This document shows, one piece after another, positions 21,748-33,523 of a stretch of 64,000 bases of DNA (within the stretch, counting starts at the first letter, position 1; each line of letters opens with the position of its first letter). The notes below the pieces were generated by a model. It was not told the DNA's origin. It ran no database searches and saw nothing but the letters and a program-made list of their open reading frames with translations. A program made the position numbers and the translations under genes. The DNA lies in NCBI GenBank assembly GCA_001599295.1, contig BCGN01000003.1, positions 868,001 to 932,000 on the forward strand. The letters run 5' to 3'. Source of the DNA: Sporopachydermia quercuum (Eukaryota).

Positions 21748-24700
21748 TAACTTAGACAATAATGTCATAATTCATTATAAACAATGTGACATTTGACCGT
21801 ATGGTAAACAGTGACCTAAAAGTTCAGTAATTATTAATATTAAGAATATTATAACTCCTATTCAGTGATATCGAATTACATAGTCAGCTACCGTTAAGTG
21901 TATATCTCTCTCATACATGCAATGACCAATGGATTGAGCTGCTACTGCTTTAATTCAATAAGGCAAACAAAAAGTAGTTGGTTTAAGTTAAGAATGGAAT
22001 TCAACAACCAGAATATGTCGAATCTTTGATATATCATTGAATTCGAAATTATTATCGCATAGAAAGAGAGATCTGGATAAAGATTTATCCCTATGATAAA
22101 TGGTTTTACTTGAAAAGTCTAGAAATTAATAACAATAATCACTTTGAACAATAAGATATAGACAATTAGATTACGAAGAGCAAACTTTATATGGTTCCAG
22201 AAATTATATGACGCACTCTCGTACAATTGTTGATATTACAACTTTCTTCTTTCTCTTCATCACATCGAGCAGGCATATATGGGATATAGAATATAATTCC
22301 TTTAATATTCGACTCACTTTTATTTTCTTATAGCATATAATATTTGGGATAACAAATAAATGAATTAATTCACGGCCAACTGTCACTGAGAATTCCTCAA
22401 ATAATCCGAATTCCTGCCTATGTCAAGTAAATTGTATTGTTCTTTCGATTCTAAATATAGGCTAAGCAATCTTGATAATTGTTTCCGAGTAGTGATATTT
22501 TGTCTTTTTCACTTTTGAAGCTACGAAGAGGCACCTTGAGTGAAAATAAAATGCTTGGATTGAGTCTTGGATTGAGTTTACGGGCTCAAACCAAATAATT
22601 TTAAATCAGTTGTCTCGTGGAAATCAAAAACTTGGTTCACGAAGCTATTCAGTACTTTTCTTATTATAATCATTGGGAGAATGTTCATGTTATTTATTCT
22701 CTTCTCCTGGTTCTTCAATAGCAAAAAGAGAGACAAGGATAATGAAGAACAATATTTTCTTCTGTAGCAACACTTAATATTCAAACTAACTAGCCCAGAA
22801 GAAAAAGCGGAAGAAATATTAACTTTGTATATGATAGACATTAACGAAATGGTCAATAAAATTAGGGCAAACCAGGACCACGGATTGAGAAATCATTCAT
22901 AAAAAGTAGTATATTGGTAGAAAATTTCAAGAATATATACTTAAACATCGAATTCACTCAATAAACAGTAAATAAATAAATTATGGATTAACGAAATCTA
23001 GGAGAGCAATCTCCATCATTCTTCTGTTGAGAGTATGAGAGGATTCTAGTAAATGTGAAGTAATTTCAATTACACCAATCTTAAATCATCTTTAAAAGGA
23101 GAAGATAACAACAATGCAAGGTGGATATGTCTATTTCACTATCATATGGAGATATGTTTACTTGTATCAACCGGAGAAAAATAGAAGTAAAAAAAATTAT
23201 TTCTATAAGTCTCTGGTTTTACGCAAGTAGGATTAGTTGATAATCATTATTATTGTTATATCATTAGGTAGATGTACAGTTGAGCAATGGGCAATGTTGC
23301 GTTATATCAACTATACAATTCATTACTCCTTATCATGATGCTCAGCTTGCCTTTCCTAAAAATTGTTTGTAATTAGAAGTAATGACAATCTTTCACATTG
23401 TTTGGTTCCATACAATTTCTTTTTGTACGAATTTTCCGATGGATTATTTTCAATTGCTTCGATGATTTAATATTTCTGCATATTTAACCTCGAATATGAA
23501 ATAATTCGTTAGAAAAGAACGAGATTTATAATAATAAATATTCTTGGGTTGAAGCCTTCTAGAAATCAAGCAAATGATTTCCTTAGAAAGAACAGTTAGT
23601 GAATGCAATCAAAATTACCTTTCATGGTTTATTCCCATTTGTTTCTTATCGGTATCTATGTTGATATCAGCTCTATACAAATCAGTATGAGGAGTGAAAT
23701 AACAACATTTATCTTTAGTTGTTTCCGTAGAACAGCTGGAGACAAAACTCAATTCATAAAGAAAGGCTTTTTTGGTTAAGAAATATGACAAAAAAAGGTA
23801 AACTTATTCCGCTTCATGAAACAGATTCTACCATAATTGACCGTATTTGGGTAATTTCAGTGAAAGGAATTTCACTTCAAGTGCCTCTCAGGAGTCATAG
23901 ATATATTGAAGGGCTTCAATATCCTATGGCAAGTTGTTTCACTTGGTGAAGGGTAATAACACTGTGAGATAGACTGAAATACAAGATTGTTTGTATCCAT
24001 AGTACCATCTAGTGAACCATGTACTAACAGAAGGATATTGCATAAAAGTAATGAAATGTTCACAAAATAGCATTGAACCGGAACAGCATGAAATTTTACT
24101 CAACCCATTGAAATTGTGTCTGTTTGGGCAATCGTATAAAGGATGTATGAGGGAACACAGCTTAGAGTAAAGTTAACTTTATTGAGAGTTTAAAAATAAA
24201 ATTAGAGCACTTTCTTGATTTCACGAAACAGTGCAAGGAGATGTACTACTTTGAGGCTAAAGCATATTTGATTCAAAATTCTAATGTTGCTGTGAAAAAA
24301 TTGTGTACATGTACAAACTATCTTTTGAACCTTAAGTGTGATCACGGCGTAATTGTTCAAACTACCTGTTCACTTTACGATAAAAGATTCTCCAACCCGA
24401 ACGAACGGCTTCTGGAAGTATCAAATACTGAAATAGGAAACATGAGTATTCTGGAATCCATTTCAGAGTGTCAAAATATTTTATTACTTGCCTTCTTGGG
24501 AATCAGAGGGATAATCCAAATATTCACTTCGTAAGTTGTTGACACATTGAAAATAGTAGAGAGAAGAAAGTCAAGCATAGAGAATAGAACTAAACATGGT
24601 TTCAGAAATATGTCCCACTACTCCATAATATCACCCAACCTAAATTCTCAACTATTGAGTTCTCAATTTTTGCATCTTGCTGTTCTCATATAAGGAAACT

Positions 24701-27700
24701 TCCGAGACCTAAATGTTTTAAACTTTCGTGTCAAAATCGTAAAAAAGCTCCTAATATTAAGTAAATAGCGTGGTGTTTAGTTTGAGCTAGTATGACCACC
24801 GTTTAACTTAAAGGGAAAATAATTCAAACATTTTGAAGTTTACTAGTTTCGAACCTTACTTCGATTGAGAAAAAAATAAAATAAGTTTAATTTACGGGTA
24901 AAACTCAATTAGCATTTAATAAATCGTTGAATATTTTCCAATGAAACACAAGTATTTTGGTTCCGATAATGCGATAAATACAATACCTATTTGAAATTCA
25001 AGTGTGAGTGTGCTTCAACCTAGCATATTATTCCACAGATTCATCGAATATATGATAGATCACTGACTTCTAAATTGATAGGGAAGTATACATCTAGACT
25101 TTCGCGAAAATGTGTATGTAGTATTGCTCTAATTAATCATGTTTTAATTTGATTCCCAAAATAGTGAGCTACTTCGTTAAATACTCTAAATGAAATTAAT
25201 TTACAATGTTTCTGCTTCATTTACAATTCAGAAGTTTGTGCATCAAAATCTCAGATACTTACGAGAGTTGAAGCACACATAGCATGTAATTACAGTTCCC
25301 TTACTAATATTCCTGCGAACGAACTACATTTGTCGAGAATGCTTCTCTCAATATCAACTCAAAATCAATTGTAGATGAAACCCTATTCCCTACTTCGATT
25401 GATTTAAGTTCCAACTGATAATAAACTGTACTGAGTTAAAGTTAACACAGATCATCGAACCTGCTTCAGAAGAAGCAGGTTCAGGTAAAAAAATGAGAGC
25501 GTGAGATCTGATCTACAGTGAGTAAATAATAGGTTGAAGCATTATTTAGACCAAGTAAGCACTTTTCAGCAGAGAATACAAGAAAAGAAAATTTGGTCAT
25601 TATCTTTCGAAGCAGAAATGGAGCTGGGATAGTATAAGTTTTAGTCTCGGATTCTAGTGAAAAACAAAAGAAGCAGGTGATCAATTATGAGACATCATCG
25701 CATCAATAAGTGGTCTATATTGTCGATGAAAACAACGAATGCTCTTCGAAACGCCTTTAGTTGCTGATCCCGCTTCTAGTGATACTCAACACAGTAATAA
25801 GTTTCAGAGCTGGTTTGCCTACATTTGGTAATCAGAAAATTGCCAAAAAATCCTGAAATCCGGATTGCTTTTACCAGAATAGGATTCATGTAACTACATG
25901 CACTTTTTATTCTCTAGATGTTAAGTAAATCCCATACTGAAATATAACAATTCTCGTAAAGCTCGAACGATCAGATACAATATTCGAGGGTACGAAACTC
26001 TATGTTGTAACTGGGAAACCATTTTACACTTTCTATGAATTTCCAAGTTGTTAATTCATTGACTAAATAGCAATTACTCACTATGTGTTATAACTATTTC
26101 TTTCTATTTTTACTTTTTTAATTTTTTCTTATTCTTGATCTGAAGCTTCTAATGAATGCTGATGTTATGGTTTCATTGGTTTGTTTCATGACCGTACTTC
26201 TTTCGGAGCTCATTATACTATATAATATTTTAATAAAGCAAAATATGATACAAGGACTATTGTTTCTACATTGGCAGTTGTTGCTAAGTCCTTGAACTAT
26301 TATCTCATCAATAATTCAATACTCGCGTGAATTTGTTAGCTACTTTTCTCTCAAGAAATGTCCGTTATTCTTTTCCATAGTGTAGCGTAATCTCCAAATA
26401 ATTTACTTGGAAATTTTGTTACTTAGATTTTTTGCTGAGGTTATTCATTAATCATTAACCAATTAAGCAAGAGTGCTTGAAGAGGAATTAATTTCTAAGC
26501 CCCAAAGGAATAGCGTTCAAGCTAGAAAATACACTTTGGCCATTTCTGTCAAAGTTAACTAACCTTAATTCCAAATCTGATTAAGTGCAATTTATTAGAG
26601 TTTCCGGTCAGTCCAAATCAGGTAGAATCTAGGTCTATGAAGATAGGCTGTTTAAGATGAGTTCTGATCTGATGGCGATTCATTGTATTTATTGATAAGA
26701 AAAACTGATAAGTAAATGGTGTACTTTTCATTGATATGATTATGTGGGTAACGAATCGTAAAATTCAGACAGTTGTCTAGGGGCTTTGCTAAATTAATAA
26801 AATTTTCTATTGCATTCCCTGTTCTAATCTGAATTATAGTAGGGAAAACCAGAAGAGCCTTAACTATCCCGTGATAATTCGCTAAGTCTCAGTTGGTCTG
26901 GATAGAGATTCTTGTTCAGCCAAGTCTCAAAAAAATAATGTTCTGGGATATTTGATTAAATTGATATATGTTCAGAAATAGGAAAAGACGAACAACCAAG
27001 GTCATGGTGAAAGTGATTTCGAAGTAATCGAATTCTTTGTCCGAGTTCGATTGTTGTTTCATATTATCTGATCATATATGAAAGCAAAAAAAATGGGGNG
27101 AAAAAATGAGAGGTAGTCTCGAGTCTAGCGATATTGAAGAAGGGCGTATATTATGATTCTAGTCCAAGGTTCTCTCAATGAATGAGATAAGAATCTCAAG
27201 CAGAAGTGTAATCTTAACTGGTGGTGATGCATACATTGATGTTTTGATCGCTTCTAATGCATGTTTATTATTCGTTCAAAAATGGAGATATATATTTCAA
27301 TCTTTTCTTACAAGTTGTTAATAGACGTGGCAAAACTAGAAATACTACTAGGTGGTCTTTTATCTTGCGATTCTTTTTGTTGCAAGCTCATCTTCCACCG
27401 CAGTTATCAGATTATTACTGTCTAATCAAGGACAGAATGCTTGCTCTGTTTGCAATACTCAATAATGCTTTCAAAAGTAGCAGTAGGCTATTAACATCTC
27501 AACATGAACAAAGTGATTCACATCACCATCAAGATCTGCTCCGACAATAGTGAATCTGAAGTGTCAACTAGGGTTCGATATTGAATAGTGGATCGTATTT
27601 TAAGACGGAATCAAGACATCATTTGGAGCATTCTACCATCTTCAAAGGCAATTTTTGGTTCTATTTAACTGACAACAAGCATACTCGTAAACTTGAATTC

Positions 27701-28440
27701 TCCCTTGAACTACTTAATTTGGCAGTCTCTTTGCAATTAATGGTATTTTTTTCAGATACTCCATCAATGTTGCATTATTTTAAGATTGATCGTGAGAGTA
27801 ATCCAACTATTGTTGGACGATTGCGACTGTTTTCTGATCTTGTCCTGAACTTTCATCCATTTCATTCTACGGCATTTGAGATTGAAAACTTGATTCAATT
27901 GCTGTGTTAGACACAGCTAGAAACTCAAAGAAGATAACGAAACTGAAGCGATCTTCATTAAAATCTAAAGAAACAATGCTTTGATTGATCCTGGTATTCC
28001 TTTTCAGTCCGCTAATTCCTCTGTCTCATAACTTTTATACAAAGGGTAAAAATCGATGCATGAACCACAAGATTGTCCTTCATTAGTCCTTCATTACCAT
28101 ATAGGGACAACTAACGTTTTAGCATTATAATAGAACCCTTAAGGTTCTTGGTGAGTTTTAGATGCCTATTTCATTCAAAGTTAATTATAGGCCTTTGATA
28201 CGAGCTAATCTTAATTGACGGTTTGAGACTTTACACTGCTAATAACTCAACTTCAGGTCTCTCTTCAGAGGTAGGGGACAATATATCTTGTAGACTGTTC
28301 TTAATACTACTAAACTAATACCACTATAGTAATCAAATGAACGAGTATTCAGGAAATATGCAATCTGTTCTTAATAGCTGATATTTTCAGGATAACAGAT
28401 ACGTTAGATAGAAGGAGAATTCATGATGAGTTGAAAGATA

Positions 28441-29574
28441 ATGGTGACCCTTACTCAACAATTAACAATATGTTTGGATGAGAAACTATCTCGACCGATT
28501 GTACCAATAATCATCGTTTGTTTGATTGGATATTCTGTTTACTTCTATTGCTATCTATTTTCATACTTGTTGGTTTACAACCACGTTTCGAAAGGAGCTG
28601 CTATAATATATATAGTAACCTATTCTGCCGTATTACTCAATATTTTTTGTTCTTGGTTATGTTGTTTACTGGTAGGACCAGGTGTTTGTCCAAATTATCC
28701 ACCATTAAAACTATTCACTCACCAATTTGAACAAAGTACTAGCAATCAAGTTGACTCTACGGATGCTGAACTAAGTGAACCACCTATAATATTCTGTTGC
28801 GATAAAGATGGATTTCCATTCTGGTGTAGCGAATGTCAGTCAATCAAACCTGATCGTGTAAGGCATTCATCTAAAACTGGAAAATGTGTTCCAAGATTTG
28901 ATCACTATTGCATATGGTTGGGTACAGTAATAGGAAGAACGAACTATCGCTATTTCGTTCTATTTAGTATCAATTTCCTTGTCCTCATGATTTATGGAAT
29001 AATCAGTGTTAGCTGTTATGTATGTGATTATTATAGAGTACATGAGAATGCATCGTTTATCAATGGCAATTATGTTGCTCTTTATATTCTGGCTGGATTT
29101 TGGGCATTGTTTTTGGTTGCATTGCTAGGTACTAATTTGAAATACGTCTGGTATGATGAAACTACAATTGAGGATCTTAATAAGAAACATAATAAAAGAA
29201 TAAATAGGAAAAGAAGATTGGAAATGGCTGGTAATCCTGAAAATATGAAAGAAACAGCATTTCAAGAAGAACCTTGCAGCTGGTATAATATTAGAATAGA
29301 CGATTTGAGAGTAATCGTTCCTTGTTTCAGGGAAGATTACCCTTACAAAAACGGATTTTGTAAAACATGGAAATCAATGATGGGAAACAACTTTATTGGA
29401 TGGATTATACCGATTCCTGTCCGTTTACCAAGTTCTGACGAGGAATTGATAAGTCAAGCTCTTGGTAATGTGTTTAGTCCAGAATACTACGACATAATGG
29501 TGGAAAGATTTAAAGAAGGACTTGGAAAAATCGCTATTAATCAAAGGGCTATGACAATTGGTTTGACTAGTTGA
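28441..29574 (+). CDS. PFA5: DHHC-family palmitoyltransferase, DHYC variant (Pfa5-like)
   Basis: [37 protein letters not shown], TTIE motif and four hydrophobic segments. DHYC without ankyrin repeats points to Pfa5. Confidence 0.82.
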   Translation: [377 protein letters not shown]

Positions 29575-29898
29575 CTGTGGGAGTAAGCGAGTAGAAGGAG
29601 AAAAATAATTAATAAATAGAGATCGGAATTGAAAATAACCAATAAGATTATATCGTATGGGTTATCTAATATCGATTATCTAATAATGACAAGAACGTTG
29701 TTTCGAAAGTCATCATCGGTGTTTGAACACCATATGTTACAATATGCTTTAAACCGATTACAATAATTCGACACTTATAACAGGGAGTACCTTTAGGTAC
29801 CCGTGCAAATGATCATTAATCCAACTAGTTATTAAGAGATCTATGAGAGGTTTTTACATTTTAGTTATCATCTGAAATTGATAAAGCATACAGAATTT

Positions 29899-30241
29899 AC
29901 GCGTCTCAATCTCCGCAATCTTGTCTGAGCCCATATTTCACGTTTTGGTTTGTTTCATCTGCGAGTTAATTGAAGCAAGAGTGCTAGACAATAATGTCAA
30001 TCATAAGTCATGAAAATACGAAAAACGCGACTAGCAAATTCATATATTGGTTAATTAACACTGGAGACTATATACGGTCTAGGGTGTTTTGGCAAGTGGG
30101 AATTCTGTCGCGTCATAAGAAGTTTTTCATATATCAAAACGTCATTAAGTAGCTTTGTTCATCCCGGAACCATAAATAAATGACAAGTAATTTTCGTAAA
30201 ATCTGCACTATGCTTCTTAGCCTCTTTCGTGTATTTCGCGT
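29899..30241. promoter_or_regulatory. Cluster of four MCB-like (ACGCGW) cell-cycle boxes
   Basis: ACGCGT 29899, ACGCGA 30025, TCGCGT 30108 and TTTCGCGT 30234 in otherwise AT-rich DNA. Confidence 0.45.
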
Positions 30242-31462
30242 CTGTAATAGCTGAACCAGAATCCCTTTTACTTGGGGCTACGTATGGCAAATGTATACAG
30301 TAAACTTTCGGACTCATCGCCTCTATGCACCATGATGCATTATTTATGCATGATACCAAGCTTATGTATTAAATTGAGTTCTGATATGGAGCACATCATG
30401 CATTGTGATGCATGCGTGATAGATGCATAAGAACCTGGTGTTCTGTTTTTCAATTGAACTAATATGATAAGAAGTGTTGACTAAGATTTTCACAATGATA
30501 TTGAATAATAAGTATTCAACACGATTTATTTCTTTTAAGAATTACTATCACTATCAGGAACTTTGTATTCTCTTATTTGAATCGTAAAGACATGTGCCGT
30601 ACATCGTATATAGTGCTGATTTTGATGTTAGACTGACTCAAGAAGCAAGACAAAAAAGTTACGAGCTGTGTACGTAGGCTCATCAGATTTCACAAATGAG
30701 CCCATTTCCTCTCTCCGTCAAATTGTGGTTGCAAATATATATCTCTTTCAGCTGGTGGGTGTGCTTTTTTCTGTCCTCGAATAAGCACTTTATTATAAAT
30801 TTATCTATATATTCTATAATCTATGACGATAGCTTTTGAGTTGGAGTCGCTGTCCACTTTCTCACTTATATATTGCAGAGTAGAATCCCATGAATCATGG
30901 TAGTTCTGGAGATCATAGTAGGTATTAAGATTTAAAGAGTTAAAACTTTAAACAGGAAAGAAACTGTACATATCATTCCTATTCCGTATATCTTCCTCTT
31001 CATCCGATTCAGAAAAGGATCAAGATTTTTTTTATTACCAGGAAAAGTCCCCTTCCTTCCTTGACCATACCCAGACCTTTAATTCAATACCCGTTTTTCT
31101 CAATCTCTCGGGCCTACATTGCTAAGATTCTGAATAAACCTAAGAAGATTTCAACGGATCTCGGAGGATATAATTATATTATTTTACTCTGTTGTTTGTT
31201 CAGAATAGACTTGCAAATCAGGAAGAGTTAAGACTATTGGCAGAACTATTGTTGATGTCAAAATAATTCTCTAACCGTGACAGATAGAAGGAAAAGATAA
31301 GAGAAGCGTCGTTGATTCAGATAGACCGTATTAAATTATAAGATTTGATTATCAGACGCTTATACGCATTTGCATTCTCAACACACATTGTATGAACTAA
31401 GTACGTGAATTGGGCAATCAACTTCATCGTTTCAACATAACGCAACCTCAATCATATCTAAA

Positions 31463-32053
31463 ATGCCTATTTTCAGGAGATCGCAGCAAGACCCAGATAC
31501 AACTCTGCAGACTCATAGATCTACGGGTTCTGGGGGTTCAGCAAAGGAATTCAAAGTTCGAACAGGAAATGTTCATGATCCCGTTCTGTCTGCCGTTAAT
31601 GAAGCCCAACCATTTGAACTAGCAGCGGAGTCGATGTCACCTAATTCCAAAGACAATAGAAATAGTATGCAATTATTATCTCAAAGTGGCACTTTGAAGG
31701 ATGTATTCGGTAATTCTATCGGAAGACCTGATGTTTCGAATCCTACAAGAAATAGAGATGAGCGACCATTAGATACAGTAAGAGCATTCGAATATGCTAT
31801 CACCGGTGATGAATCTTATAGGGAACAGCTGGAAACACCCCGATTAGGTTGGTCTCTTCGAAATGGATCAACTCAGTTCCCATCTATGACAACAAATCCT
31901 TATGCTGCTTCATCGTCAGTGGGCGTGGACCCCAATGGGTCTTATGTTCAACAAAGTTATGAGGTACCTGTAAGTACTTTCAACAAACCTGAAGGTAAAG
32001 ATAAAAAGAAGAAGAAGAAGGGATTTTTCTCCAGAAAGAAGAATGATGACTAG
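31463..32053 (+). CDS. DUF2406 family protein (YMR295C-like)
   Basis: DPVLSAVNEAQPFE and DVFG--I--PDVSNPTRNRDERPLDTVRAFEYAI motifs; C-terminal KKKKKKGFF basic tail. Confidence 0.85.
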   Translation: MPIFRRSQQDPDTTLQTHRSTGSGGSAKEFKVRTGNVHDPVLSAVNEAQPFELAAESMSPNSKDNRNSMQLLSQSGTLKDVFGNSIGRPDVSNPTRNRDERPLDTVRAFEYAITGDESYREQLETPRLGWSLRNGSTQFPSMTTNPYAASSSVGVDPNGSYVQQSYEVPVSTFNKPEGKDKKKKKKGFFSRKKNDD

Positions 32054-33217
32054 ATTTTTTGTTTTATTGCGGCATAAGGATATATTTTTCCACGGTTAAT
32101 TTAACTGATTGTATACTTTTATCAGTGGGATTTGGTTAATCTTTTTTATCGTCATTCCTATACAGTTGAAGGCATTATCGAAAAACTACATTGTTTTCCT
32201 CTGTTACGTTACTCCCATGATCAATCATCCAAAATAACAGGAGTCTTGCTCTCAGAATCTATATCCTTTTGCTTTGTCTTCTTATGGTCTCTTCTATACT
32301 TCTTTTCTTAATATCTGTGCTTGAAGAACAAAAAGTAATAGTCAGTTCTTTCTGGTCTCATTTCGTGCTCATTTGTTACGGTTTCTTTTTTATTGGTTAG
32401 TTTACTTGGTCTTTAATTTTGCTCTCGTCAGCTACAGTTTCTTGTGTATTCTTTATGTAATGTCTATCTTCGGTGTATATGAATATATTTCTGTTATGTT
32501 CTTATGGTGCAGTATTTTCCTTTATTTGTCCCTTTAGCCTTGTGCGATATGATTTTCCGAAATTACCTGCTCCTCTGCTCCTTGTATCCGTATACATAAC
32601 TCATGCATAAAAACTTCTAATCTGTTCTATTTTTAGGAGCTACCATTTTAAAACGCAATTGAATAACGATGGAATAGTAAGAAGCTGAATCAAGTAATAT
32701 TTCAATGATCCAAACAGAAGAAGGTAAAAGAACCTAAAGTGAAAATTAAACTAACTTGCATGAATAACTATGGGAAATCAATGCATCAATCGCATAGAGC
32801 ACATTCTGCTGTTCTATTTACTTTAGCCCATTGAACATGAAACTTTTGTTTGAAAAGATTCATAGAAATTATAAGATGTTCTTGTTGAGTTATGAGCTGT
32901 TAAATTGTCCCAAATTATAAGATTATCTGTTACTTGTACTTTATAAGTATTTGTAAATTTGAACGTGTAAACAGACTTTCACTGAGGATCTCACTTCTTC
33001 TCCGTTAAATGAGGCAGTTTTAGCAAAGAGCATATGCTCCAGAGAAAATTTCACATTACAAAATTTTAACTTTATGCATAGTATTCTTTTATATTGCGAG
33101 TTTATACGAAGCTGAAATATTCCACTTCACAGCGTACTTACGGTAGAACTCATGACAAAGATTCATGATTTTAGAAAAAAAATCTAGAAATCTGATCAAA
33201 AAAATAAAAATTAATAA

Positions 33218-33298
33218 CGACACCAGCAGGACTCGAACCTGCGCGGGAAATCCCAAAAGATTTCTAATCTTTCGCCTTAACCGCTCGGCCATAGTGCC
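33218..33298 (-). tRNA. tRNA-Ser (AGA), intronless, long variable arm
   Basis: GGCACTATGGCCGAGCGGTTAAGGCG-AAAGA-TT-AGA-AA-TCTTT-TGGGATTTCCC-GCGCAGGTTCGAGTCCTGCTGGTGTCG, followed by T-rich terminator runs. Confidence 0.97.
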
Positions 33299-33523
33299 TT
33301 ATGTTTCAATTTTTCAGAAATGAATTACAGGACAGGGGGTAATTTCCTTATTCGAGATTCCCCCTAATTTGGTCTTTCATGTCAATTGTTAAATGATGAT
33401 GGAGTAATATTTTTTACACGTTGCAGTGTCTCCTATTGACAATGACTAAAAATTGGAAATTGGTTTTCTTTTACAATAAAACCTGAACCTTTCTAAGAAG
33501 CTTACAACGGGATCAATTTACCT

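Noticed and set aside
21719..21756. U5 snRNA loop-I nonamer GCCTTTTAC on the minus strand of the duplicated unit, with a partial stem
   Set aside because: The closing stem is imperfect, there is no CCG internal loop and no proper Sm site. One such 9-mer is plausible by chance in 64 kb.
25861..25890. TTGCTTTTACCAGAA resembling U5 loop I
   Set aside because: It lacks an invariant C of GCCUUUUAC and has no supporting stem or Sm site.
27257..27910. Two ~100-codon ORFs in the gene-free interval (also 22578-22856 and 24241-24534)
   Set aside because: No recognisable motifs, atypical composition, and no gag, pol or transposase signatures.
31040..31053. GGAAAAGTCCCC resembling RNase MRP CR-I
   Set aside because: No downstream complementary GGGGCUUA (CR-V), P3 or GARAR loop.
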